Made by a program: the position numbers and the translations under genes
Shown here: one piece after another, positions 26,587 through 36,879 of the stretch
How positions within the stretch are numbered: the stretch's first letter is position 1
Layout of the letters: each line of letters begins with the position of its first letter
Notes under the pieces: model-generated
The model's input: only the letters and a program-made list of their open reading frames with translations
The model's database searches: none
What the model was told of the DNA's origin: nothing
Source: an uncultured delta proteobacterium
GTDB lineage: Bacteria; Myxococcota; Myxococcia; Myxococcales; Anaeromyxobacteraceae
Length of the DNA: 64,000 bases
NCBI GenBank assembly: GCA_963766715.1
Contig: CAVYBH010000008.1
Location: 640,001 to 704,000 of the forward strand
Reading direction: 5' to 3'

Positions 26587-27222
26587 TCACTTCCCGGGCA
26601 TGGCCAGGCGCCGGACCCCGGACGGGAGCGCCAGCTCGAACCGGTCGTCCTTCACCCCCGGGTTCCGCTCGATCGCCTCGAAGGTGATGTCATTGGCGTT
26701 GCCCTGCCCGTCCACGACCACGGTCCGCGTCACCTCGCCGTCGGGCCCGGCGGTCAGCGTCACCGACTCGACGCGCGGGTCGGCCTTGCGCGGACGCATC
26801 ACCAGCGTCCCTCCCTCCCCGGCCGAGAGCAGGAACTCCTTCTCCAGGCTTCCCTTCCCGAGCAGGAAGGTCACGGCCGCGCTCATGGCGGTGGCGTCGA
26901 ACTTGTCGTCCACGTAGGCCTGGTTGGCCTCCGGCTCCCACTGCACGAGGCGCGAGCCGTTCACCACGATGGTCTTCGTCGAGGGCGACTCGTAGTCCCA
27001 GCGCATCTTCCCCGGCTTCTTCACCTCGAGCGTCCCCTTCGACACCGCCCGGCGCCCGATCGAGGCGTAGGTGTAGGTCTGCACGAAGCGGGCTCGCAGG
27101 TCGCGGGTGGTCTCGTAGAACCCCTGGACCTTGCGGGCCAGCGCGGTGGCATCGGCGGCGGGCGGCGTCCCCGACGGGGCGGCGGCGACCAGGAGGGCGA
27201 GCGAGGCGGCGATCGGAAGCAT
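26587..27222 (-). CDS. lolA: outer-membrane lipoprotein carrier protein
   Basis: Signal peptide, ARFVQT, KKPGKMRWDY, DGQGNANDITF. Confidence 0.88.
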   Translation of the reverse strand: MLPIAASLALLVAAAPSGTPPAADATALARKVQGFYETTRDLRARFVQTYTYASIGRRAVSKGTLEVKKPGKMRWDYESPSTKTIVVNGSRLVQWEPEANQAYVDDKFDATAMSAAVTFLLGKGSLEKEFLLSAGEGGTLVMRPRKADPRVESVTLTAGPDGEVTRTVVVDGQGNANDITFEAIERNPGVKDDRFELALPSGVRRLAMPGK

Positions 27223-27272
27223 GGATCCGTTATACAGGAGGGGCTCCCACGGACGGGTACAGAGGAGAGACG

Positions 27273-27864
27273 ATGGCGACCCTCGAGTTCTTCTACGACT
27301 TCGTCAGCCCCTACTCCTACCTGGCATCGACCCGCGTCGAGGCCGAGGTGGCGAAGGTGGGGGGCAAGGTCCGCTTCCGCCCGTTCCTGCTGGGCGGGGT
27401 GTTCAACGCCACCGGCAACAAGGCGCCCATCGAGAACCCCGCCAAGGGGCGCCCACCTCGCGACCGACCTGGGGCGGTGGGCGGCTCGCCTCGGCGTGCC
27501 GTTCGCCTGGCCCGCGAAGTTCCCGGTCCTCACCGTCCTGCCGCTTCGCGCGGCCTTCGCCGCCGAGAAGGGCGGCCACCTCCTGCCCTACACCCACGCC
27601 ATGTTCCGGGCCTACTGGGCGGAGGGGCGCGACCTCTCCGACGCGGCGGTGGTGGAGGACGTGGCGACCCGGGCCGGGCTCGACGGCGCCGCGCTGGTCG
27701 CCGAGGCGCCGGCCTACAAGGAGGCGCTGAAGGCCCAGACCCAGGAGGCGATCGACCGCGGCTCGTTCGGCGCCCCCACCTTCTTCGTCGGGCAGGAGAT
27801 GTTCATCGGCAACGATCGGCTCGATTTCGCCATCGAGGCGCTGGCGGCGGCCGGGAAGGGCTGA
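27273..27864 (+). CDS. 2-hydroxychromene-2-carboxylate isomerase (DsbA/GST-kappa family); indel near 27450
   Basis: FFYDFVSPYSYLA, RPFLLGGVF, GSFGAPTFFVGQEMFIGNDRL. Confidence 0.9.
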
Positions 27865-27925
27865 TCGGCCCGGGCGCCGGACTCGCTTGACCCCGGGGGG
27901 GGTTCGGGCGATCCTCCGCCGCCTC

Positions 27926-28320
27926 ATGCGCAGCCGCCTTTCCCTCACGCTGGCCTTCGGCCTGGCCCTCGCGCTCGGCGCGGCGGGATGCAGCACGCCC
28001 TGCCAGGACCTCGGCGACCGGATCTGCAACTGCGTGCCGGAGGGGCAGATCCGGAACAACTGCAAGACCAACGTGAAGACCCGGGTGAACAACTCGGGCG
28101 CCACGGGTTCCGAGCAGGACTACTGCGACGCGGATCCTCGGCACCTGCCCGGATCCCCAGGGCGACGTGGACAAGTGCGCCTTCATCCTCAACACCTGCC
28201 CCGGCCGCGTCGGCTGCGGGCTGGCGCTGCCCGCCCCGGACAGCCCGGACGGCTGCACCCCCACCGACATCCCGCTGGTCTCGAGCCCCCTCGTCACCAG
28301 CCCGTCGGACGCGCCTCTAG
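27926..28320 (+). CDS. Cys-rich lipoprotein (myxobacterial type); indel near 28130, 3' end uncertain
   Basis: MRSRLSLTLAFGLALALGAAGC lipobox, then PCQDLGDRICNC...C...YC...C...KC...C...GCGLA. Confidence 0.7.
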
Positions 28321-29378
28321 CTCCCCCGCCGTCGAACACCCCGGCGATCCGCTCGCCGCACTCCGGGCAGGCGCCGCCGGGCCCGAGCAGGTTCTTCCGC
28401 ACCGAGTTCCAGTCCCTCCGCACGACCGCCTTCCCGCAGCGCGGGCAGAAGGTGCACTGTCCGTCGGGGTCGTGGACGTTGCCGGTGTAGACGTGGCGCA
28501 GGCCGGTCTCCCGGGCGATGCGCCGCGCCTCGGTGAGGGTCGCGGGCGGGGTCGGCGGCCGGTCGGTCATCTTCCACGCGGGGTGAAAGGCCGAGAAGTG
28601 GAGCGGGACGTCCGGGCCCATGTGCTTCCCGATCCACTCGGCGAGGCGGCGGATCTCCCCGGGGTCGTCGTTCAGGCCGGGGATGACGAGGTTCGTCACC
28701 TCGGTCCAGGTCCTCCCCTCCCTCGCCAGCCACTCGAGCGTCTCGAGCACCGGCGCGAGATGGGAGAGGGTCACCTTGGCGTAGAAGTCCTCGGTGAACG
28801 CCTTCAGGTCCACGTTCACCGCGTCCATGGTCGCGAAGATCTCCTCGCGCGGACGGGCCTCCACGAAGCCACTGGTGACGAAGACCGTCCGGATGCCTCG
28901 CCGCCGGGCCACGCGCGCCACGTCGATGGCCCACTCGGCCCAGATGATCGGGTCGTTGTAGGTGAAGGCGATGGACGGCGTCCCGGACGACTCGGCGAGC
29001 GCGACCACGTCCTCGGGGGACATCGCGGCCATCGATCGCCCCGACTCCCGCGCCTTGGAGATGTTCCAGTTCTGGCAGAAGCGACACCCCAGGTTGCAGC
29101 CCACCGTGCCGAAGGAGAGCACGCCCGTCCCGGGGAGGAAGTGGTAGAGCGGCTTCTTCTCGATCGGGTCGACCGCGAACCCGGTGCTCATTCCCGTAGG
29201 CGAGCAGGACCATCTGGCCGCCCTGGTTCTGCCGGACGTAGCAGAAGCCGGCCTGGCCGTCGGCGAGCGTGCACTCGCGGGGGCACAGCGTGCATCGGAG
29301 GCGTCCGTCCTCCTCCCGCTCGAAGAAGCGCGCGGGGTGGGCGGGGGCGCGGACCACCGGTTCAGCGAGGGAGGGCAT
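28290..29378 (-). CDS. amrS: AmmeMemoRadiSam system radical SAM enzyme; indel near 29190, 3' end uncertain
   Basis: RCTLCPREC, GFCYVR, DPIEKKPLYHF, GCNLGCRFCQNWNISK, FTYNDP, NVDLKAF, HFSAFHP, C-terminal CPRC/CPEC. Confidence 0.9.
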
Positions 29379-29381
29379 CCT

Positions 29382-30849
29382 TCAGAGTAGTGTAAGTCCG
29401 TCTCGCGCCGAGGGAGTGTCCCCTCCCAGGTCCGGAAGGGAACGATGATGCCCTCCTGCAGCACCCGGCCCTTCAGCAGCACCTCGAAAGTGGCAGGCGC
29501 GCCGGCGCCCTCCGCGCGAAACAGGCGTCGCCCCAGCGGAATCTCCCCGACGGTCAGGAAGGGCTCCCCGATCCGGGGGTGCTGCGTCCCAGAGATCGAG
29601 CTGGACTGGGCGCTGGGACGCGGGCCCGAAGCGCGTCCATCCGGCGTAGAAGGCCAACTCGGCCGCGTCCTGGTAGCTCGATGGATAGACGAAGGGGTCT
29701 GCCGGATTGCAGCCGGGCGGGCTCCCGATCGACGTGCAGGCCTGCTCCGCCGCGGCCCGGGCGCGCTTCGCGAACTCGGGCCAGCCCCGGAAGCGCTTCA
29801 TCACCTCGCTGTCGGGCGGGATGAGGGTGGGGTTGCGGACCTCGAGGCCGAAGCCCACCGCGAAGAGCAGGCCCAGGCCGACGGTGAAGGCGAGCAGCCC
29901 CTGCGACCAGGCCGGCCGGAGGCGGAGGAGCGCCGCCGCGCCGGCGCCGCAGAGGGCGGGATAGACGAGCGCCCCCCAGTTGGCCTCGACCGGGCCGCGG
30001 AAGGCCGAGACGGCGGTGACGGCGATGGGCACGAGCGTCGCGGCGGCGACGCGCAGCGAGGCCGAGCCGCGCCCGCGCGCGAGCTGCCAGATTCCGAGCG
30101 GCAGGGCCACCACGCCCGCGCCGCCCAGCAGGCCGCCCGCGAACTCGAGGAAGGAGCGGATCGTGGCTTGGCTCCCCAGGCCGTGCCGGATCTGGAAGAG
30201 GATGGCGGACCACTCGTGGGTGGCGTTCCAGGCCAGGTTCGGCAGGAACACCAGGATCGGCGACGCCGCCGCCGAGCCAGGGCCACGGCGACCGGAGCTC
30301 CGCGCGGAGGTCCCGATCGAGGAGCACGAGCAGGAGCAGCGCCGGTGCGAGCAGGGCTGCGGTGTACTTGGAGAGGAGCGCGAGCCCCACCGCGACGCCG
30401 GCCGGTATCCAGGCCCGGCCCCGGGCCCGCGCCACGAGCCAGGTGGCGCAGGCGTAGGCCGCCGTCACCGGCGCGTCGGGCAAGGCCAGTCCCCCGGTGA
30501 GCACGAGGATGGGGGAGGTGGCGGCGAGCACCGCCGCGATGGCGGGGGCGCGCGGGTCGTCCGACAGCTCGCGGGCCACGAGCGCCGCGAAGACGATGGC
30601 CAGCCCGCCGCAGGCGAGGAAGAGGAGGCGCACGCCCAGCTCGCCGGGGACCACCGCGGAGGAGACCGCGATGATCCAGGCCACCATGGGCGGGTGATCG
30701 AAGTACCCGGCGGCCGGCCGGCGCGACCACATCCAGTAGTAGGCCTCGTCCGCATAGAGGTCGAGGCCGAGGAAGAGGAGCAGCCGGAAGGCCGTCGCGC
30801 CGATCGCGATGGACCAGACCGTTCGCATCTCCCCGCGGCGTGGCTGCAT
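29382..30849 (-). CDS. GT39/ArnT-like (PMT_2) membrane glycosyltransferase; indels near 30260 and 29580
   Basis: DEAYYWMWS, GYFDHPPMVAW, PDAP, LSKYT, PNLAWNA, EANW. Confidence 0.88.
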
Positions 30850-30949
30850 GGCCGCGCATCTTACATGCGAGACGCCCCGCTCGCCGCTTGCCCGGAGGGG
30901 CGAAACACCATAGGTATTCGCTTTCCGTTCCAGCGGATGGGGAGCACAC

Positions 30950-33900
30950 GTGACGTTCCGGGAAGCGGTCGAGAAGCGCGTCCTCGTCTTCGACGGGGCC
31001 ATGGGGACCCAAATCCAGGGGTTCGACCTCAAGGTCTCCGACTTCGGCGGCAAGGAGGGGGCGAACGACCTCCTCACGCTGACGCGTCCGGACCTGGTCG
31101 AGGCCATCCACGGCCGGTACTTCGCGGCCGGCTGCGACGTGGTGGAGACCAACACCTTCGGCTCGTCCCGGCTCAAGCTCGACGAGTACGAGCTGGGGCA
31201 CCGCACCTACGAGGTGAACTTCCGCGCCGCCATCCTGGCGCGGCGCGCCGCGGAGAAGCACGCCACGCCCGGGCAGCCCCGCTTCGTGGCCGGCTCGATC
31301 GGCCCGACCGGCATGCTGCCCTCCTCCTCCGACCCGGCGCTCTCGCGCATCACCGGCGACGCGCTCGAGAAGATCTTCCAGGAGCAGGCCCGCGCGCTGG
31401 TGGACGGCGGCGTCGACGCCATCCTCATCGAGACCCAGCAGGACATCCTCGAGCTGCGGGCCGCGGTGCTGGGCGCCGACGCGGCCCGGCGCGAGGCGAT
31501 GCGCGACGTCTTCGTCATCGCCCAGCCCACGCTCATCGACGCCTCCGGGCGCATGCTCCTCGGCACCGACATCTCGGCGGCCATCGCCACGCTCGAGCGG
31601 CTGCCGGTGGACGCGCTGGGCATCAACTGCTCCACCGGGCCTGCCGAGATGCGGGAGAGCGTGCGGACGCTCTGCCAGAAGTCGAGCCACTACGTCTCGG
31701 TGATGCCCAACGCCGGCCTCCCGGAGAACGTGAACGGGCGCGCCGTCTACAAGCTGTCGCCCGATGCGCTCGCCGACGCGCTGGCCGAGTTCGCCGGCGA
31801 CCTGGGCGTGGACATGGTGGGCGGCTGCTGCGGCACCACCCCGGAGCACATGGCCCGGGTGGTGCAGCGGATCCGGGCCCTCTCGACGCCGCGGCGCCGG
31901 CGCCCCCGCCCCTCCCCCGACCTCTCCTCGGCCATGAAGGCGGTGCCCCTCGACCTGCAGCCCCGGCCGCTGATCGTCGGGGAGCGGGTGAACAGCCAGG
32001 GGAGCCGCAAGGTGAAGGAGCTCCTGCTCGCCGACGACTACGCGGGGCTGCTGCAGATCGCCCGCGGCCAGGTGGAGGGAGGCGCGCACGTCCTCGACGT
32101 CTGCACCGCGCTGAACGAGCGGGAGGACGAGGCCGCCCAGATGCGCACGCTGGCGCGCCTCTTCTCGCAGAGCGTGGACGCGCCGCTCATGATCGACTCG
32201 ACCGAGGCCGACGTCATCGAGAGCGCGCTCAAGGTGTACCCGGGGCGCTGCATCGTCAACTCGGTCAACCTCGAGAAGGGCGGCGAGCGGGTGAAGAAGG
32301 TGCTCCCGCTCGTGAAGCGCTTCGGCGCCGCGGTGGTCTGCATGACCATCGACGAGAAGGGCATGGCCCAGACCGCCGAGCGCAAGGCCGAGGTGGCCCG
32401 GCGCACCGTGGCCATCGCCAGGGAGTACGGGCTCGAGCCCGACCAGCTGGTCTTCGACGCGCTCACCTTCACCCTGGCCACCGGCGGCGGCGAGTACCGG
32501 CGGAGCGCCGTCGAGACCCTCGACGGCATCCGGCGCATCAAGGCGGAGAACCCCGGCGTCTTCACCACCCTGGGCGTCTCCAACGTGAGCTTCGGGCTCG
32601 CCAGGAGCGCGCGCGAGGTCGTCAACTCGGTCTTCCTCTTCCACGCGGTGCAGGCCGGGCTCGACCTCGCCATCGTGAACCCCAAGGACCTCCGCCCCTA
32701 CCCGCTCGTCGATCCCGTCGAGCGGGAGCTGGCCGAGGACCTGATCTTCGACCGGCGCGAGGACGCGCTGGCGCGCCTCATCGCCCACTTCGAGGGCAAG
32801 GCGCCGCAGGTCGCGGCCACCGCCGAGGCGCTCGGCGAGGGGAAGCCGGCCGAGGAGCGCCTCCACCTCCAGATCCTGCACCGGCGCCCGGAGGGCGTCG
32901 AGGCCCTCATCGACGAGGCGCTGACCCGCCACGCACCGGTCGAGGTCCTGAACGAGGTGCTGCTCCCCGCCATGAAGGACGTGGGCGACCGCTTCGGCGC
33001 GGGCGAGCTCATCCTGCCCTTCGTCCTCCAGTCGGCCGAGGTGATGAAGCGGGCGGTGGGCTACCTCGAGAAGTTCCTCGACCGGGTCGAGGGGAGCACC
33101 AAGGGCACGGTCGTGCTCGCCACCGTCTACGGCGACGTCCACGACATCGGCAAGAACCTGGTGAAGACCATCCTCGCCAACAACGGCTTCACCGTGCACG
33201 ACCTGGGCAAGCAGGTCCCGGTGGCCACCATCATCGAGAAGGCGGTCGAGACCGGCGCCGACGCGGTGGGGCTGTCGGCGCTGCTCGTCTCCACGTCGAA
33301 GCAGATGCCCTACTGCGTGGAGGAGCTCTCCCGGAGGAACCTCTCCTTCCCGGTCATCATCGGGGGCGCCGCCATCAACCGGAAGTTCGGCCTGCGCACG
33401 AACCTCCTTCCCGACGGCACGGCCTACGCGGGCGGGGTCTTCTACGCCAAGGACGCCTTCGAGGGGCTGGAGCTCGTGCAGCAGCTCGTCGACCCGGCGC
33501 GGCGGGAGGCGCTCCGCCGCAGCACGGTCGAGAAGGCGCTGCAGGCGCGCAACGCGCCGGTCGTCGAGGCGCCGCCCCCGGCCGCGTCCCGCCGGAGCGA
33601 CGTCCGCCCCGCGGAGAAGGCCCCCGCGCCGCCCTTCTGGGGGACGCGCGTGGTCCCGTCCGGCGCCATCCCGCTCTCCGACCTGTGGCCGCACCTCGAT
33701 CTCACCGAGCTCTTCAAGCTGCAGTGGGGCGTCCGCGCCAAGGGGGAGGAGTACGAGCGGATGATCCGCGAGGAGTTCGGTCCCCGGCTCGAGGAGCTGA
33801 AGGCCGAGGTCCAGTCGAAGGGCTGGCTCACGCCGCGGGTCGTGTACGGCTACTTCCCGTGCCACGCCGAGGGCGAGGAGCTCGTCGTCCTCGACCCGGA

Positions 33901-34390
33901 GCACCGCCGCGAGGAGCTGGTGCGCCTGCGCTTCCCGCGTCAGCCCGACGAGCGGCACCTCTGCCTCTCCGACTACTTCCGGACCGAGCGCGGCGCCGAC
34001 GTGGTGGCCTTCCAGGTGGTGACCGTGGGGGACATGGCCTCCAAGGTCGCCGACGAGATGCAGGAGAAGGGCGACTACGCCCGCGCGCTCTACCTGCACG
34101 GCCTGGCCGTGGAGACCGCCGAGGCGCTCGCCGACTTCTGGCACGCGCAGGTCCGCAGCGAGCTCTCCATGGCCCCCGATCAGGGGAAGCGCTACTCGCC
34201 CGGCTACCCGGCCTGGCCCGAGCTCGAGGACCAGAAGAAGCTCTGGAAGCTGCTCGACCCGGAGCGGAACATCGGCGTCTCCCTCACCAGCGCCGACCAG
34301 ATGGTCCCGGAGCAGTCCACGTCCGCGATCGTGCTCCACCACCCCGAGGCGGTGTACTACACCGTCAAGGGGGCCATGCCGGTGGCGTGA
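30950..34390 (+). CDS. metH: cobalamin-dependent methionine synthase
   Basis: FDGAMGT, GINCSTGP, GGCCGT, IVGERVN, GDVHDIGKNLV B12 motif, RYSPGYPA. Confidence 0.97.
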   Translation: MTFREAVEKRVLVFDGAMGTQIQGFDLKVSDFGGKEGANDLLTLTRPDLVEAIHGRYFAAGCDVVETNTFGSSRLKLDEYELGHRTYEVNFRAAILARRAAEKHATPGQPRFVAGSIGPTGMLPSSSDPALSRITGDALEKIFQEQARALVDGGVDAILIETQQDILELRAAVLGADAARREAMRDVFVIAQPTLIDASGRMLLGTDISAAIATLERLPVDALGINCSTGPAEMRESVRTLCQKSSHYVSVMPNAGLPENVNGRAVYKLSPDALADALAEFAGDLGVDMVGGCCGTTPEHMARVVQRIRALSTPRRRRPRPSPDLSSAMKAVPLDLQPRPLIVGERVNSQGSRKVKELLLADDYAGLLQIARGQVEGGAHVLDVCTALNEREDEAAQMRTLARLFSQSVDAPLMIDSTEADVIESALKVYPGRCIVNSVNLEKGGERVKKVLPLVKRFGAAVVCMTIDEKGMAQTAERKAEVARRTVAIAREYGLEPDQLVFDALTFTLATGGGEYRRSAVETLDGIRRIKAENPGVFTTLGVSNVSFGLARSAREVVNSVFLFHAVQAGLDLAIVNPKDLRPYPLVDPVERELAEDLIFDRREDALARLIAHFEGKAPQVAATAEALGEGKPAEERLHLQILHRRPEGVEALIDEALTRHAPVEVLNEVLLPAMKDVGDRFGAGELILPFVLQSAEVMKRAVGYLEKFLDRVEGSTKGTVVLATVYGDVHDIGKNLVKTILANNGFTVHDLGKQVPVATIIEKAVETGADAVGLSALLVSTSKQMPYCVEELSRRNLSFPVIIGGAAINRKFGLRTNLLPDGTAYAGGVFYAKDAFEGLELVQQLVDPARREALRRSTVEKALQARNAPVVEAPPPAASRRSDVRPAEKAPAPPFWGTRVVPSGAIPLSDLWPHLDLTELFKLQWGVRAKGEEYERMIREEFGPRLEELKAEVQSKGWLTPRVVYGYFPCHAEGEELVVLDPEHRREELVRLRFPRQPDERHLCLSDYFRTERGADVVAFQVVTVGDMASKVADEMQEKGDYARALYLHGLAVETAEALADFWHAQVRSELSMAPDQGKRYSPGYPAWPELEDQKKLWKLLDPERNIGVSLTSADQMVPEQSTSAIVLHHPEAVYYTVKGAMPVA

Positions 34391-34427
34391 AATAGGTTCC
34401 TCGAGCCGGGGGTTCGTCAGGCGTCCG

Positions 34428-35749
34428 ATGGCGCGCACATCCACGAGAGCCCTGCTCGCCATCGGGATCCTGGCGCTCGCCGGGGCGGCGGCCGGCGCGG
34501 GACCGCAGCGGCCCCGGACGGCCTGCCCGCGAGCCTGACCTTCGAGGACGCGGTCCGCATCGCCCGCGAGCGTGCGCCCGACCGGGCCCTCGCCGAGGCG
34601 GCCGTGGACGGCCGCCCGCTCCCAGGTCCGCACCGCCGGGGCCCTGCCCAACCCGGCCGCCTCCTTCATGGCCGGGTGGTCCTCCCAGTGCGACCAGCCG
34701 GGCTGCAACCGCCCGAGCTAACCGCGGCCGCTGGGCGACCAGGGCGCAATGGCGGCGCTCGTCACCGGCCAGCGAGGGCTCGCCATCGACGCGGCCGAGC
34801 AAGGGCTCCAGGGCGCCGAGTCCACCCGGCTCGACGCCACGCGAAACCTCGACTTCCAGGTGAAGCAGCAGTTCGTGAACGCCTCGGTGGCGGGGCGAGC
34901 GGCGCGCTATCGCACCGGGACGAGGCGGCGCTCGGAGAGGAGACGGTGGCGCTCGCGCGGAAGCGGTTCGAGGCCGGCGCCATCTCGGACGCCGACGTGG
35001 CGCGCCTCGAGGTCCTGCACATGCAGATGGAGCAGCTCGCCGACAAGGCGGAGCAGGCCTTCGAGCAGTCCCGCGCGGCGCTGGCCCAGCTGCTCGGCTC
35101 GCGCGGCGCCGCGGCCTCCTTCGCGGTCGACCCCGGACCCGTCACCACCGCGCTCACCCCGCCCCAGCTGGCCGGCGCCACCCTGCCCGTCCTCGTCGAC
35201 GACGCCCGCGAGCGGCGGCCCGACCTCGCGACGGCGCGCGCCCAGGTGGAGCAGGCGCGCTTCCAGGCCTCTCTCGCCCGCAGGCAGGTCATCCCCCAGT
35301 TCCAGCTCCAGGCGCAGTACCAGCAGCAGGGCGCTCCCGGCGGCTGGTTCACCCCGCCGACCGCGTCGGTGGGGCTGTCGATCCCCATCCCGGTGCTCTA
35401 CCAGCAGCAGGGGCAGATCGGGCAGGCCGACGCCGGCGTGCTCGCCGCCCAGGCCACCGTGGCCAAGGTGGAGGCCCAGGTGGTGGCCGACGTGACGAAT
35501 GCCTTCGCCGCCTACCAGTCCTCCCAGCGCACCACCCAGCGCGCCGAGCGGAAGCTGCTCGCCCGGTCCCGGGACGCGCGCGACCTGGTCCGGATCCAGT
35601 ACGCCAAGGGGGCGGCGAGCCTCCTCGACTACCTCGACGCCCAGCGGACCCACCTCACGAACGAGATCGACTACCTGACCTCGCTGGCCGCCTACTGGAC
35701 GGCGGTGTTCCAGCTCGAGCAGGCGGTCGGAGCGAGCTACCTGCCATGA
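34428..35749 (+). CDS. TolC/CzcC family outer-membrane efflux protein; indels in the 5' third
   Basis: Signal peptide MARTSTRALLAIG; RFEAGAIS, RPDL, YAKGAASLLDYLDAQR; ATGA overlap with the next gene. Confidence 0.85.
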
Positions 35750-36870
35750 GCCGGAAGGTCCTCCCAATCCTCGGCGTCGCGCTCGTCGCCCTCGCCTGCC
35801 GGGAGGCGCCCGTCCAGGCGCCGGCCTCGGCCCCGCCGGGCGAGGCCTGGCTGAACGAGAAGCAGGTCGCCGACGCCCGGCTCGCGGTCGAGCCGGCCCG
35901 CGTCCGACCGGTCGGCGCGCCGGTGGTGGCGCCGGCGCGGGTGGCCTTCAACGACCTGAAGGTGGGGCACGTCTTCTCGCCGGTGGCCGGTCGCGTGGTG
36001 CAGGTGCTGGCGCAGCCGGGCGACCGGGTGAAGAAGGGGACGCCGCTCGCCGCCATCCACTCCCCGGAGGTCGGCCAGGCCGTGGCCGACCTGGCCCGCG
36101 CCCAGGCCGATCTCCGGCTCGCCGAGCAGGAGGAGCGTCGCCAGAAGGAGCTCGTGGAGGCCCGCGCCGGCGCCCGCCGGGATCTCGAGACGGCGGTGGC
36201 GGCCGCGGCCCGCGCCCGCGCCGAGTTCGCCCGCGCCGACGAGAAGGCCCGGCTGCTCCGCGCCGACGGGCTCACGAGCTCCCAGGAGTACGTGGTGCGC
36301 AGCCCGATCGACGGCGAGGTCATCTTCCGGAACATCAGCCCGGGCATGGAGGTGCAGGGGCAGTACGCCGGCGGGCAGGCCGTCGAGCTATTCACCGTAG
36401 GTGAGATCAGCGCGGTCTGGATCCTGGCCGACGTCTTCGCCCTCGACGTGCCCCGGCTGGCCGTGGGGGCGCCGGCCCGGGTCATCCTGCCCGCGTTTCC
36501 CGGCCGCTCCTTCGACGGCTCGGTCGACTGGATCGCCGGCGCCCTCGATCCGGCGTCGCGGGCGGCCCGGGTCCGCGTCAAGCTCGCCCGCCTCGAGCGG
36601 GAGCTGAAGCCCGAGATGCTCGGCACCGTCGAGATCGCCGGCCGCTCCCGCGAGGCGCTGGCCGTCCCCCGGGCGGCGGTCCTCCGGGTGGGCGAGGGGC
36701 GCTTCGTCTTCGTCGAGGACGGGAAGTCGCCCGACGGCCGCACCCGGTTCCTGCGGCGCGCCGTCGAGGTGGACGACGACGGTGGCGACGTGGTCGCCGT
36801 CTCCCGCGGCCTCGAGCCGGGCGAGAAGGTCGTGACCGGGGGCGCCATCCTGCTCCTCGGGATGCTCTAG
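35746..36870 (+). CDS. RND efflux periplasmic adaptor (CzcB-like)
   Basis: SPVAGRV, GDRVKKG, RSPIDG, LKPEM, GLEPGEKVV. Confidence 0.92.
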   Translation: MSRKVLPILGVALVALACREAPVQAPASAPPGEAWLNEKQVADARLAVEPARVRPVGAPVVAPARVAFNDLKVGHVFSPVAGRVVQVLAQPGDRVKKGTPLAAIHSPEVGQAVADLARAQADLRLAEQEERRQKELVEARAGARRDLETAVAAAARARAEFARADEKARLLRADGLTSSQEYVVRSPIDGEVIFRNISPGMEVQGQYAGGQAVELFTVGEISAVWILADVFALDVPRLAVGAPARVILPAFPGRSFDGSVDWIAGALDPASRAARVRVKLARLERELKPEMLGTVEIAGRSREALAVPRAAVLRVGEGRFVFVEDGKSPDGRTRFLRRAVEVDDDGGDVVAVSRGLEPGEKVVTGGAILLLGML

Positions 36871-36879
36871 GAGGCGGCC

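Noticed and set aside
30850..30949. Possible SAM/SAH/cobalamin riboswitch upstream of metH
   Set aside because: Gap is only ~100 bp, shared with a divergent gene, and I could not find the conserved riboswitch cores.
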